This document shows positions 46,444-54,864 of a stretch of DNA of 64,000 nt, piece after piece. The DNA is from a bacterium (lineage in GTDB: Bacteria; Joyebacterota; Joyebacteria; Joyebacterales; Joyebacteraceae). Under the pieces are notes generated by a model. That model searched no databases. It worked only from the letters and a program-made list of their open reading frames with translations, and was not told where the DNA came from. The position numbers and the translations under genes were made by a program. The DNA lies in assembly GCA_025774935.1 (NCBI GenBank), contig JALGZK010000001.1, forward strand, positions 148,266 through 212,265. Reading direction: 5' to 3'. Numbering within the stretch: the first letter of the stretch is position 1; each line of letters begins with the position of its first letter.

Positions 46444-48642
46444 ATGCACGACATCCCACGCCATCTAACGCCGGACATGGAAGAGGCGCCGGACCCGATG
46501 CGAGGTTCCGCGAGCGCCCCGGCAAAGGCCGCGACCGGACGAGCGTGGTGGCGACCGGTGGTCGCCGCGGCGTTCGTCCTCGGTCTCGCCGTCCTGCAGA
46601 TGGACTGGACCCACTGGGCGGCCGTCGGTCTCATGGGAGCGCTCGGACTCGCAACGGGCCTCTTTGCATTCCCGGTCGGGAAGAACACCTACGTCAGCTT
46701 CGGAGCGGCCGTCTTCATCGCCTCGACGGCGCTCTTCGGCCCGAGTGTCGGGGTTTGGGTCGCCGCGATGTCAACGGCCGCCGTCCAGCTCGTGTGCTTC
46801 CGGCACGACACGACGGTCGCGATGCGGGAGATGGGAGTACAGGTAGTGGCCGTGTTCGCCGCGGGGTGCGCGTACTCCTTCACGGGAGGGAAGCTCCTGA
46901 CCGGCGGGATCACGTTCGCGGACTCAGCGCGATTCGCCTTGATGTTCGGAATCTACGGCGCGGCAAGTGTCCTCGTCCGGCGCGCCGCCGGGGGAGAGAT
47001 GCGGAGGACCGTCGCGAGCTACCTCCGCTGGATGACCGGGCGCGGGGTAGTCGTCGAGCTCGCCATGCTTCCCCTCGCGCTCCTCCTCGCTGCGGCTTAC
47101 ATACCCGGAGAGCCGGCGACCTTCCCGCTGCTCGCGGTCGTGCTCATCGTGTCGAGCGCAGCCGGGAAGATGATGTGGGACACCAAGCAGTCGCTCGAGA
47201 AGAGCGTCACCGAGCTCAGGACACTGAACACGGTCGGGAAGGTGCTCTCCTCGACACTCAAGCTGAACGACCTGCTCGAGGAACTCGAGGAGAGCACGAG
47301 CTCCCTCTTCGCGGACTCCATGTGCTCGGTCTGCCTCTACCACGAGTCCACCGGCGAGGTCGAGTACAGGGTGAACATGAGCAGCTCGCGTCGACTGCCG
47401 CCGCGCCGGAGGAAGCCCGGCGACACGCTCATCGGCTGGGTCATCCGCGAGCGCGCGATGCTCCTCGTCGACGACCTGAGGAGTCACGACGGACAGACGC
47501 TCGACCCCTGGCTCGCGGAGCAGAACGAGCGGGCCGGCGTGGAGGCGGTCACGTGGCTCGGCGTGCCCCTCGTCTCGCGCGAACGGCTGGTCGGCGTGCT
47601 CACGATCCTGAGCTCGCGTCCGAAGGCGTTCGGGAAGGACGAGGTCGATCTTATCGTCACTCTCGGAAGTCAGGTCGCGAAGGCCATCGAGAACGCGAGC
47701 CTCTACGCGGGGCTCGAGCAGTCGCGCACGAACGTCGAGGAGTGGAACAAGGAGCTCGAGGAGAAGGTCGAGGAGCGCACGGCGGAACTCGAGGAGATGA
47801 AGGCGGAGCTGGAGGTCCTGAACCGCGAGCTCGAGGAGCGCGTCGAGGTCAGGACGAACGAGCTCCAGGAGATGGAGGCGCGCGTCGTCCAGTCGGGGAG
47901 GCTTGCTGCGGTCGGCGAGATGGCCGCGGGCGTAGCGCACGAGCTCAACAATCCGCTGGGAGGCATCCTCGGCTACGTCCAGTACGATCTCGAGAAGATA
48001 CTCGGGAAGGACGGCTCGCCGCTGACGCCGGATGAGGTGGACAAGCTCGCAAAGCACCTGGTCTCGATCGAGAAGGCGTCGCAGCGATGTCGGGGCATCG
48101 TCCAGAGCCTCCTGACGTTCTCGCAGGCCTCGCAGTCAGCGTACTCCGAGATCAACCTCAACGACGTCCTGAGCGAGGCCCTTCGCGTCACCGGCAGGCA
48201 GCTGACCGCACGCGGCATTCGGCTCACGTCCGGGCTGGACACCTCGGAGCTCACCGTGCTGGGCGACCCGTACCAGCTGCGTCAGGTCTTCGCGAACCTC
48301 ATCTTGAACGCGAGGGACGCGATGACGTCGGGCGATGCGCTGACCGTTCGCTCGATTCGGACGGAGGACGCCGACGGCACGACGAGCGCCGAGGCAATCT
48401 TCGAGGACACAGGGTGCGGGATCGCCGAGGAGAACCTCGTGCGCGTCTTCGAGCCGTTCTTCACGACGCGGCCGACCGGTGAGGGCACCGGACTGGGGCT
48501 CTCCGTGAGCTACGGCATCATCAAGGACCACGGGGGACAGATCGAGGTGGCGAGCCAGGTAGATAAGGGGACGATCTTCACCGTCCGCCTGCCGCTCGTT
48601 GAGTCGCGCGTTCAGCTGGAACCGGTCGGAGGAGCCAAGTGA
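46444..48642 (+). CDS. Membrane sensor histidine kinase (multi-TM N-terminus, GAF, triplicated signalling helix, HisKA, HATPase_c)
   Basis: Several N-terminal TM helices, then a GAF domain. Three consecutive EERTAELEEM / EERVEVRTNELQEM type coiled-coil units. H-box (AAGVAHELNNPLGGI) plus N, G1, G2 boxes (…NLILNARDAM…DTGCGI…GTGLGLSVS…). The start is uncertain: the ORF track offers 46291, the ATG at 46444 is preferred. Confidence 0.8.
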   Translation: MHDIPRHLTPDMEEAPDPMRGSASAPAKAATGRAWWRPVVAAAFVLGLAVLQMDWTHWAAVGLMGALGLATGLFAFPVGKNTYVSFGAAVFIASTALFGPSVGVWVAAMSTAAVQLVCFRHDTTVAMREMGVQVVAVFAAGCAYSFTGGKLLTGGITFADSARFALMFGIYGAASVLVRRAAGGEMRRTVASYLRWMTGRGVVVELAMLPLALLLAAAYIPGEPATFPLLAVVLIVSSAAGKMMWDTKQSLEKSVTELRTLNTVGKVLSSTLKLNDLLEELEESTSSLFADSMCSVCLYHESTGEVEYRVNMSSSRRLPPRRRKPGDTLIGWVIRERAMLLVDDLRSHDGQTLDPWLAEQNERAGVEAVTWLGVPLVSRERLVGVLTILSSRPKAFGKDEVDLIVTLGSQVAKAIENASLYAGLEQSRTNVEEWNKELEEKVEERTAELEEMKAELEVLNRELEERVEVRTNELQEMEARVVQSGRLAAVGEMAAGVAHELNNPLGGILGYVQYDLEKILGKDGSPLTPDEVDKLAKHLVSIEKASQRCRGIVQSLLTFSQASQSAYSEINLNDVLSEALRVTGRQLTARGIRLTSGLDTSELTVLGDPYQLRQVFANLILNARDAMTSGDALTVRSIRTEDADGTTSAEAIFEDTGCGIAEENLVRVFEPFFTTRPTGEGTGLGLSVSYGIIKDHGGQIEVASQVDKGTIFTVRLPLVESRVQLEPVGGAK

Positions 48643-49610
48643 TTACCCCCGAACACCTGCATCACGAAGGCGAAGAGACCGAGGAGTGTCAGACTCCCAG
48701 ACTCCTCATCGTCGACGATGAGGAGATCATGCGCGAGTTCCTGAAGGAAGTGCTCGGGGACGAGGGCTACGTCATCGATCTCGCGTGCTCCGGCACCGAG
48801 GCTGTGACGAAGATGACCGAGGGCAAGTACGATGTCGTGATCACTGACATCGTGATGCCCGAGCTCGACGGGCTCGGCGTGGTCGCGGCGGCCAAGCAGC
48901 TGCCGTACGAGGTCGCCGTGATCGTGATGACAGGATACGCTTCCATGGAGACCGCGGTCGAGTCGATGAAGCTCGGCGCCTCCGACTACATCACGAAGCC
49001 CTTCAACATCGATCAGATCCGAATCATCGTGTCCAACACGCTCGAGGCGCGCGCGCTCCGGAAGAGGGCGGCCGAGGGCGAGTTCTACAAGGAGCTGTCC
49101 CGGAAGGACGGCCTCACCGAGCTCTACAACCACAGGTTCTTCCACCAGCTCCTGGACACCGAGGTGTCGCGAGCCCAGCGCTACGGCAGGGTCGTGAGCC
49201 TTCTCATGATCGACATCGACGACTTCAAGCGGTACAACGACTCCCACGGGCACCCTGCGGGAGACCTCATCCTGAGGCGGCTGGCGCGGCTCGTGAAGCG
49301 CTCGTCGCGTAACTGCGACTTCGTCGCCAGGTACGGTGGCGAGGAGTTCGCCGTCATCGTCCCGGAGGTCAAGGCGGACGCGGCGCGGCGCATGGCGGAG
49401 CGGGTCAGGGCCCTCATCGACGAATCGGAATTCGAGGGGGAGGAGACCATGCCAGGCGGGCGGCTGACGATCTCGATCGGCGTCGCCACGTTCCCGGTTC
49501 AGGCGGGCAGCAAGAGCGAGCTCCTCGGGAACGCCGACAAGGCACTCTACGAGGCCAAGGCGAAGGGTAAGAACCGCGTCGTCGTCTTCGGCGAGGAGGC
49601 CGTGAACTAG
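48639..49610 (+). CDS. Response regulator with REC and GGDEF (diguanylate cyclase) domains
   Basis: GTG overlaps the kinase stop (GTGA). REC domain (LLIVDDEEIM…ITDIVMPELDG…) and a GGDEF domain with an intact active site (RYGGEEF) and an RxxD I-site-like motif. Confidence 0.85.
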   Translation: MITPEHLHHEGEETEECQTPRLLIVDDEEIMREFLKEVLGDEGYVIDLACSGTEAVTKMTEGKYDVVITDIVMPELDGLGVVAAAKQLPYEVAVIVMTGYASMETAVESMKLGASDYITKPFNIDQIRIIVSNTLEARALRKRAAEGEFYKELSRKDGLTELYNHRFFHQLLDTEVSRAQRYGRVVSLLMIDIDDFKRYNDSHGHPAGDLILRRLARLVKRSSRNCDFVARYGGEEFAVIVPEVKADAARRMAERVRALIDESEFEGEETMPGGRLTISIGVATFPVQAGSKSELLGNADKALYEAKAKGKNRVVVFGEEAVN

Positions 49611-49734
49611 GCACCGTCGATCCCGATCTCACGTACCCCCGGCCCGAGACGCTCGGTTCGCCGGGGGTCGTCTGTTGGGGGACGCGGTGGAGTCTCGATT
49701 CCCGGTCGGGTGGACGGCGACAGGTTCTGACGGC

Positions 49735-49763
49735 TTGACACCCCTCCGGGCCGTTGCTACGTT
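49735..49763 (+). promoter_or_regulatory. sigma70-like promoter (TTGACACCCCT-17-TACGTT) upstream of tadA and the second tRNA cluster
   Basis: -35 at 49735-49740, 17-nt spacer, -10 at 49758-49763. Confidence 0.4.
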
Positions 49764-49835
49764 CACAACTGCTCTGTCAGGGACCCTTTCGGGAGGGAGA
49801 AGACGGAGAGCCTCCGAGCAGAAGACGAGAAGTGG

Positions 49836-50279
49836 ATGGAGGTCGCCCTCGAGGAGGCGGCCCGGGCCCTCGACGAGGGTGAGGTCCCGGTCGGCGCGGT
49901 CGTCGTGATGGACGGGCGCGTCGTCGGGCGCGGACACAACCAGACGATCTCCCTCTGCGACCCGACCGCACACGCCGAGATCATCGCGATCGGTGCCGCG
50001 TGCCGCTCTCTGGGGGTGCCGCGCTTGACGGAGGGGGGCATCTACGTTACGATGGAGCCCTGTCCGATGTGCGCGGGCGCGATCGTCCAGGCGAGGCTCA
50101 AACGTCTCGTCTACGGCTGCGCCGACCCCAAGGCTGGCTACGCCGGTTCGCTCGGGAACATCGTCGACGACCCGGCGCTCAACCACAAGGCCGCGGTGAC
50201 ATCGGGCGTCTGCGCGGAGAAGTGCGCGGCTCTCGTCTCCGGGTTCTTCGAGGGCGCGCGCGCGCGGAGGACGCGCTAG
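49836..50279 (+). CDS. tadA: tRNA-specific adenosine(34) deaminase
   Basis: CDA-fold zinc motifs (HAEIIAI … PCPMCAGA). Confidence 0.9.
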   Translation: MEVALEEAARALDEGEVPVGAVVVMDGRVVGRGHNQTISLCDPTAHAEIIAIGAACRSLGVPRLTEGGIYVTMEPCPMCAGAIVQARLKRLVYGCADPKAGYAGSLGNIVDDPALNHKAAVTSGVCAEKCAALVSGFFEGARARRTR

Positions 50280-50305
50280 CAGGCGGCACCGGACGACACG
50301 ACCGC

Positions 50306-50396
50306 GGTGGGGTGACGGAGCTGGTCGATCGTGGCGGTCTCGAAAACCGTTGTACCCCTTGGGGTACCGTGGGTTCGAATCCCACCCCCACCGCCA
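50306..50396 (+). tRNA. tRNA-Ser (anticodon CGA)
   Basis: Acceptor GGTGGGG/CCCCACC, anticodon loop CTCGAAA, long variable arm, GGTTCGAATCC T-loop, CCA encoded. Confidence 0.9.
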
Positions 50397-50406
50397 GAAC
50401 ACCCGC

Positions 50407-50497
<91 letters not shown>

Positions 50498-50529
50498 GCA
50501 CAAGGAACGCATTCGTCACACCTCAGGAT

Positions 50530-50605
50530 GGGGATGTAGCTCAGTTGGGAGAGCGCTGCCTTCGCAAGGCAGAGGTCGGCGGTTCGAGCCCGCTCATCTC
50601 CACCA
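50530..50605 (+). tRNA. tRNA-Ala (anticodon CGC)
   Basis: GGGGATGTAGCTCAGTTGGGAGAGCGCTGCCTTCGCAAGGCAG… with the G3:U70 Ala identity pair and CCA encoded. Confidence 0.9.
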
Positions 50606-50670
50606 GATTCCCTCGGGGCCCGCTCGCGTCCTGTGAGTCGGGCCCCGGGTGACAGAATCCCCGGAGGGTC

Positions 50671-50955
50671 TTTCGCTCTGGTGCGCTAGACGGGGAACTA
50701 GCGGTGCCCTGTGACCCGCAATCCGCTACAGCGGGGTCGAACATCCACACGAGGCCTTTCACCGTCGACAGCGAGCGCGGACAAGTAGCGTCGAAGGCCA
50801 GGTCCCGCGCAACCGAGTCCGGTGAAGCCGGTCAGGGCCGGGAGGCAGCAGCCGTAAGCCGGTTCCTCGGTGTGCCGCGGGGAAGCTTGGCTGGAGCCAA
50901 CTGGCCGCGTGACCTTCGGTGGTGGGGGTCGACGTGGACGCGTGCCAGAGCGAAG
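50671..50955 (+). ncRNA. ffs: Signal recognition particle RNA, long (Bacillus-type, ~285 nt) form
   Basis: Domain IV is conserved against E. coli 4.5S RNA (GTCAGGGCCGGGAGGCAGCAGCC…GTGTGCCGCGGGGAAGCTTGGCTGG vs GUCAGGUCCGGAAGGAAGCAGCC…GUGUGCCGGGAUGUAGCUGGCAGG). A 13- to 16-bp terminal helix pairs 50671-50686 with 50940-50955. The canonical position upstream of dnaX supports the call. The ends are approximate. Confidence 0.7.
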
Positions 50956-50988
50956 TAACCTCCCGCCCCGAACCGACCGGGAGTTGCC

Positions 50989-52776
50989 GTGTCCTATCTC
51001 GTTCTCGCCAGGAAGTGGCGGCCTGAGTCCTTCGCGGACGTGGTCGGTCAGAAGCACGTCGTCCTCACACTCTCGGCGGCAGTTCGCGCCGAGCGCATCG
51101 CGCACGCCTACCTCTTCGCGGGCCCGCGCGGCGTGGGGAAGACGACGGTCGCCCGTATCCTCGCGAAGGCCCTCAACTGCGACAAGGGTCCGACCGACAA
51201 GCCTTGCGGCAAGTGCTCGTCGTGCGCGGAGATCGCGACGGGCAAGAGCCTTGACGTCATCGAGATCGACGGAGCGTCGAACAGGAAGATCGAGGACGCG
51301 CGCGGAATCAGGGAGACCGTTCAGTACGCCCCGCTCTCGGGGCGGATGAAAGTCTACATCATCGACGAAGCACACATGCTCACGCGAGAGGCGTTCAACG
51401 CACTCCTGAAGACGCTGGAGGAGCCGCCGCCGCACGTCGTCTTCGTCCTCGCCACGACGGAGCCCGGGAAGATCCCCGACACGATCGTCTCTCGATGTCA
51501 GCGGTTCGACTTCCACAGGATCGCCGCGTCCGAGATCGAGACCCGTCTGACGGAGATCTCGAAGGCGGAGGGCTTCAACATCGACGAGGATGCGATCAGG
51601 CTCGTGTCCGCCAGGGCCGACGGGAGCATGCGCGACGCGGAGAGTCTCCTCGACCAGCTGGTCTCGGTGGGGAAGGATGCAATCACGGTCGACGACGTGG
51701 CGAGCGTTCTTGGCATCCCCGACATCGATGTCTTCTTCGCGATCTCGGACGCCATCGCGCGCCACGACTCCGCGGCGACGCTCGGCGCGCTCGAGGTCGC
51801 GCTCGACTCCGGCTTCGACCCGCGGGATCTCATCGACGGAGTCGTCGACCACCTGAGGAACCTGCTCCTCGTTTCGACGGCTCCCTCACCCGAGCGTCTG
51901 GTAGGGAGGATAGCGGACTACCGAGCGCACGAGGGGGAGTCGAAGGCACTGACCGAGGACGAGCTTGTCAGGCTAACGAGAATCGGCGTGGACGCCCAGG
52001 CGGCGGCGAAGTGGACGACGCAGCCCGGACTCATCGTCGAACTTGCGCTCATCCGAATGGCGAAGCTCGCGCGGGCGATCGACCTCGAGGACGTGGTACG
52101 CGCGATCGAGACCGGTCCGCAGGCGGCTCCCGGCGCCGGAGGAGGCGCGGGTGCCAGCGGGAAGGGCGCCGGCGGCGGCCGCGGCGCGGCCAGGAAGTCC
52201 TCGTCAGCCCAGACGGGAGGATCCGCCGAGGGGCCGCGCGGCGGGAGAGAAGCGTCGTCCGGCGTGAAGCAGGGAAGGAGCGCCCCGTCCACGGGCGGAG
52301 CGGAGGCTCGGTCCGGAGCCGGGACGAGCGCGACGGCAACGGCGGCCGGGGCTCCGGCGCCGGTCGCGGACGTCGACGTCGAACTGTGGCCCGACGTCCT
52401 GGAGAGGATTCGGACAGTGAAACCCGCCCTCGCGGCGTTCCTGACCGAAGCCGTGGCGTCGACGCCCTGTGTCGGCGAGGTCTCTCTCCTCGTCCCGAAC
52501 GGCTCCCGGTTTCACAGAGAGCAGCTCCAGGACCGCGGCAACATGAGACTCATGGAGCGCGCCGCGTGCGAGGTGTTCGGAGGGAGCGTCCGGCTCGGAC
52601 TGATCTTCGGAGCTTCTCCCGTTCGCGAGAGCCAGGGCGCCGCAGCTCCGGCGTCACCTTCGATGTCCTCGCAGATTGTGGGGAGCGCACCGGCTCCCGC
52701 AGGCGACGATCCAGTGGTGCGGAAGGTGCTCGAGATCTTCGACGGCGAGATTACCTCGCGCGACAGCAAGGAGTAG
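50989..52776 (+). CDS. dnaX: DNA polymerase III subunits gamma/tau
   Basis: GTG 50989 is preceded by GGGAG. AAA+ clamp-loader motifs (GPRGVGKTT; zinc module CDKGPTDKPCGKCSSC; DEAHML; SRC). A low-complexity Gly/Ala-rich linker and a C-terminal domain follow. Confidence 0.9.
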   Translation: MSYLVLARKWRPESFADVVGQKHVVLTLSAAVRAERIAHAYLFAGPRGVGKTTVARILAKALNCDKGPTDKPCGKCSSCAEIATGKSLDVIEIDGASNRKIEDARGIRETVQYAPLSGRMKVYIIDEAHMLTREAFNALLKTLEEPPPHVVFVLATTEPGKIPDTIVSRCQRFDFHRIAASEIETRLTEISKAEGFNIDEDAIRLVSARADGSMRDAESLLDQLVSVGKDAITVDDVASVLGIPDIDVFFAISDAIARHDSAATLGALEVALDSGFDPRDLIDGVVDHLRNLLLVSTAPSPERLVGRIADYRAHEGESKALTEDELVRLTRIGVDAQAAAKWTTQPGLIVELALIRMAKLARAIDLEDVVRAIETGPQAAPGAGGGAGASGKGAGGGRGAARKSSSAQTGGSAEGPRGGREASSGVKQGRSAPSTGGAEARSGAGTSATATAAGAPAPVADVDVELWPDVLERIRTVKPALAAFLTEAVASTPCVGEVSLLVPNGSRFHREQLQDRGNMRLMERAACEVFGGSVRLGLIFGASPVRESQGAAAPASPSMSSQIVGSAPAPAGDDPVVRKVLEIFDGEITSRDSKE

Positions 52777-52783
52777 CTGCCCG

Positions 52784-53098
52784 ATGGCCAAGGGACTCTC
52801 GAAGATGATGAAGGAGGCGCAGAAGCTCGAGAAGCGCCTCACGGAGGTGAGGGAGAGCCTCCTCAGCATGGAGGTGGAGGGGAGCGCGGGCGGCGGAGCC
52901 GTGAAGATCCGGATGAACGGACAGAGGGACGTCGTGGCGGTGTCGATCTCGCAGGACGCGCTCGAGGGCGCGGACAACGAGATGCTTGAGGATCTGCTTC
53001 TCTCCGCGCTGCGCGACGCCAAGCAGAAGTCGGACGAGCTCGCCGCGAGCGAGATGGCCAAGGTCACAGGAATGGTCGCCCCTCCGGGGACGTTCTAG
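52784..53098 (+). CDS. ybaB: Nucleoid-associated protein YbaB/EbfC
   Basis: 104-aa ORF (MAKGLSKMMKEAQKLEKRL…) in the conserved dnaX-ybaB-recR arrangement. Confidence 0.85.
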   Translation: MAKGLSKMMKEAQKLEKRLTEVRESLLSMEVEGSAGGGAVKIRMNGQRDVVAVSISQDALEGADNEMLEDLLLSALRDAKQKSDELAASEMAKVTGMVAPPGTF

Positions 53099-53117
53099 TC
53101 GCGGAAGGCAGTCCCCG

Positions 53118-53717
53118 ATGGCTTCCCTGCCCCCTTCACTCGAACGGCTCATAGGTCTTCTGTCGAGGCTCCCGGGCATCGGACGGAAGTCAGCCACGAG
53201 GATCGCGCTCAGACTGCTCGACTCCTCCGAGGCCGAGAGCCGCGAGCTCGCGCGCTCGATCGTCGAGGCCTGCGAGAAGACCATCCGCTGTTCCACGTGC
53301 GGCGGCCTCACCGAAGAAGATCCGTGCGGCATCTGCACAGACGTTCGACGCGACCGGGGCCTCATCTGCGTCGTGGAGCGTTCGAGCGACATCCTGGCCC
53401 TCGAACGCACCGGGAGATACCGCGGGCGCTACCACGTTCTGGGCGGCCTCCTCTCTCCGCTCGACGGCGTCGGCCCGGAGAACCTCAGGATCGACACGCT
53501 CGTCGAGCGCGCGCGTGCCGGCGAACTGTCGGAGATCATCCTCGCGCTCAACCCCACGGCGGAAGGTGAGGCGACGTCGCTCTACATCGCGAAGCTGGTG
53601 ACCCCCGCGGGAGTGCGAGTGACGCGGCTCGCGAGCGGACTCCCGGTCGGCGGCGATCTCGATCTCGCGGACGAGCTGACCCTCGGAACCGCGCTCGAGG
53701 AACGCCGCGACCTGTGA
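53118..53717 (+). CDS. recR: Recombination protein RecR
   Basis: ATG 53118 is preceded by GGAAGG. HhH region (LPGIGRKSATRIALRL), a C4 zinc finger (CSTCGGLTEEDPCGIC) and a Toprim domain. Confidence 0.9.
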   Translation: MASLPPSLERLIGLLSRLPGIGRKSATRIALRLLDSSEAESRELARSIVEACEKTIRCSTCGGLTEEDPCGICTDVRRDRGLICVVERSSDILALERTGRYRGRYHVLGGLLSPLDGVGPENLRIDTLVERARAGELSEIILALNPTAEGEATSLYIAKLVTPAGVRVTRLASGLPVGGDLDLADELTLGTALEERRDL

Positions 53718-53846
53718 ACGGGATCGGCTCCCGCGCTGACGCCGAACACACCTCAGTACGACACCCCCGACGATGCGCGACGGCTGATCGCGCGCGGTCG
53801 ACGCCGGGTCGGCGCGCGGTCGGCGCCAAGCACCGGTCCTTTCCAC

Positions 53847-53875
53847 TTGACCCCCCTCATGCAGGATGCTAACTT
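53847..53875 (+). promoter_or_regulatory. sigma70-like promoter (TTGACCCCCCT-17-TAACTT) upstream of the por operon
   Basis: -35 at 53847-53852, 17-nt spacer, -10 at 53870-53875. Confidence 0.4.
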
Positions 53876-53932
53876 TTCTTTCTGGTTTGATTCGACGGTA
53901 GAGGTACTCCGGGCACTCGAGAAGGGGTCGTA

Positions 53933-54505
53933 ATGTCAGAGCTGATGGAGATCAGGTGGCACGCCCGCGGAGGGCAGGGGGCGAAGACCGCCTCGCTCCT
54001 CCTAGCGGAGGCCGCCGCGATGGACGGGAAGTACAGCCAGGGTTTCCCGGACTACGGTCCGGAGCGGATGGGGGCGCCGATGCGTGGCTTCACGCGCATC
54101 AGCGAGGAGCCGATCCACCTGCACTGCGCGATCTACGCGCCGGAGATCGTCATCGTTCTTGACGACACGCTCCTGTCGGCGGTCGACGTGGCGGCTGGAA
54201 CTCCCGAAGACGGCGTCATCATCGTGAACACCGTGAGGTCGGCGGCCGACGTGCGAAGCGAGATGGGCCTCAAGGGACGGAGCGTCCACACCGTCGACGC
54301 GACGGGCATCGCGATCGACGAGATCGGGCGGCCGATCCCGAACGCCCCCATGCTGGGGGCCCTCATCAGGGTCGCCGAGCTCCTGTCGCTCGACACGGTG
54401 ATTGCGCAGATCGAGAAGAAGTTCTCCCACGGCTTCAGGCCGGAGGTGGTGGAGGGGAACGTGCGCGCGATTCACAGGGCACACGAGGAGGTGAGGGGGG
54501 AATGA
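53933..54505 (+). CDS. porG: 2-oxoacid (pyruvate/2-ketoisovalerate):ferredoxin oxidoreductase, gamma subunit
   Basis: POR_N/gamma family sequence (…IRWHARGGQGAKTASLLLAEAAAMDGKY…), first gene of a four-gene gamma-delta-alpha-beta cluster. Confidence 0.8.
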   Translation: MSELMEIRWHARGGQGAKTASLLLAEAAAMDGKYSQGFPDYGPERMGAPMRGFTRISEEPIHLHCAIYAPEIVIVLDDTLLSAVDVAAGTPEDGVIIVNTVRSAADVRSEMGLKGRSVHTVDATGIAIDEIGRPIPNAPMLGALIRVAELLSLDTVIAQIEKKFSHGFRPEVVEGNVRAIHRAHEEVRGE

Positions 54506-54801
54506 GCGAGAAGACATGGACCGAGATTCCGATCGGCGGGGCCATTGAGGAAGCAGGAAACGCCGAGACGTACGAGACCGGATCGTGGAGGACCTACCGG
54601 CCGCTCTGGAACGAGGAGACCTGCATCCACTGCCTTCGCTGCTGGGTGGCGTGTCCGGACTCCTCGATCCTGCTCTCGGAAGGCAAGATGACAGGCATCG
54701 ACCTCGAGCACTGCAAGGGGTGCGGCATCTGCGCATTCGAGTGTCCGGTCGATCCGAAAGCGATCGAGATGAAGCTCGAGACGGACGTGGAGAACGGCTG
54801 A
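54502..54801 (+). CDS. porD: 2-oxoacid:ferredoxin oxidoreductase delta subunit (2x[4Fe-4S] ferredoxin)
   Basis: Two CxxCxxCxxxCP-type clusters (CIHCLRCWVACP; CKGCGICAFECP). The start overlaps the gamma subunit stop. Confidence 0.8.
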   Translation: MSEKTWTEIPIGGAIEEAGNAETYETGSWRTYRPLWNEETCIHCLRCWVACPDSSILLSEGKMTGIDLEHCKGCGICAFECPVDPKAIEMKLETDVENG

Positions 54802-54864
54802 CCCAGCGAGAGACAGCCGGGATGGGGATTGCTCCCGCGTCCCGAGTCGGAAGGGAGACCGTTA

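Noticed and set aside
50989-52776. Programmed -1 frameshift site (A AAA AAG) for a short gamma form of DnaX
   Set aside because: No A-rich slippery heptamer is visible in this GC-rich dnaX sequence. Not supported.
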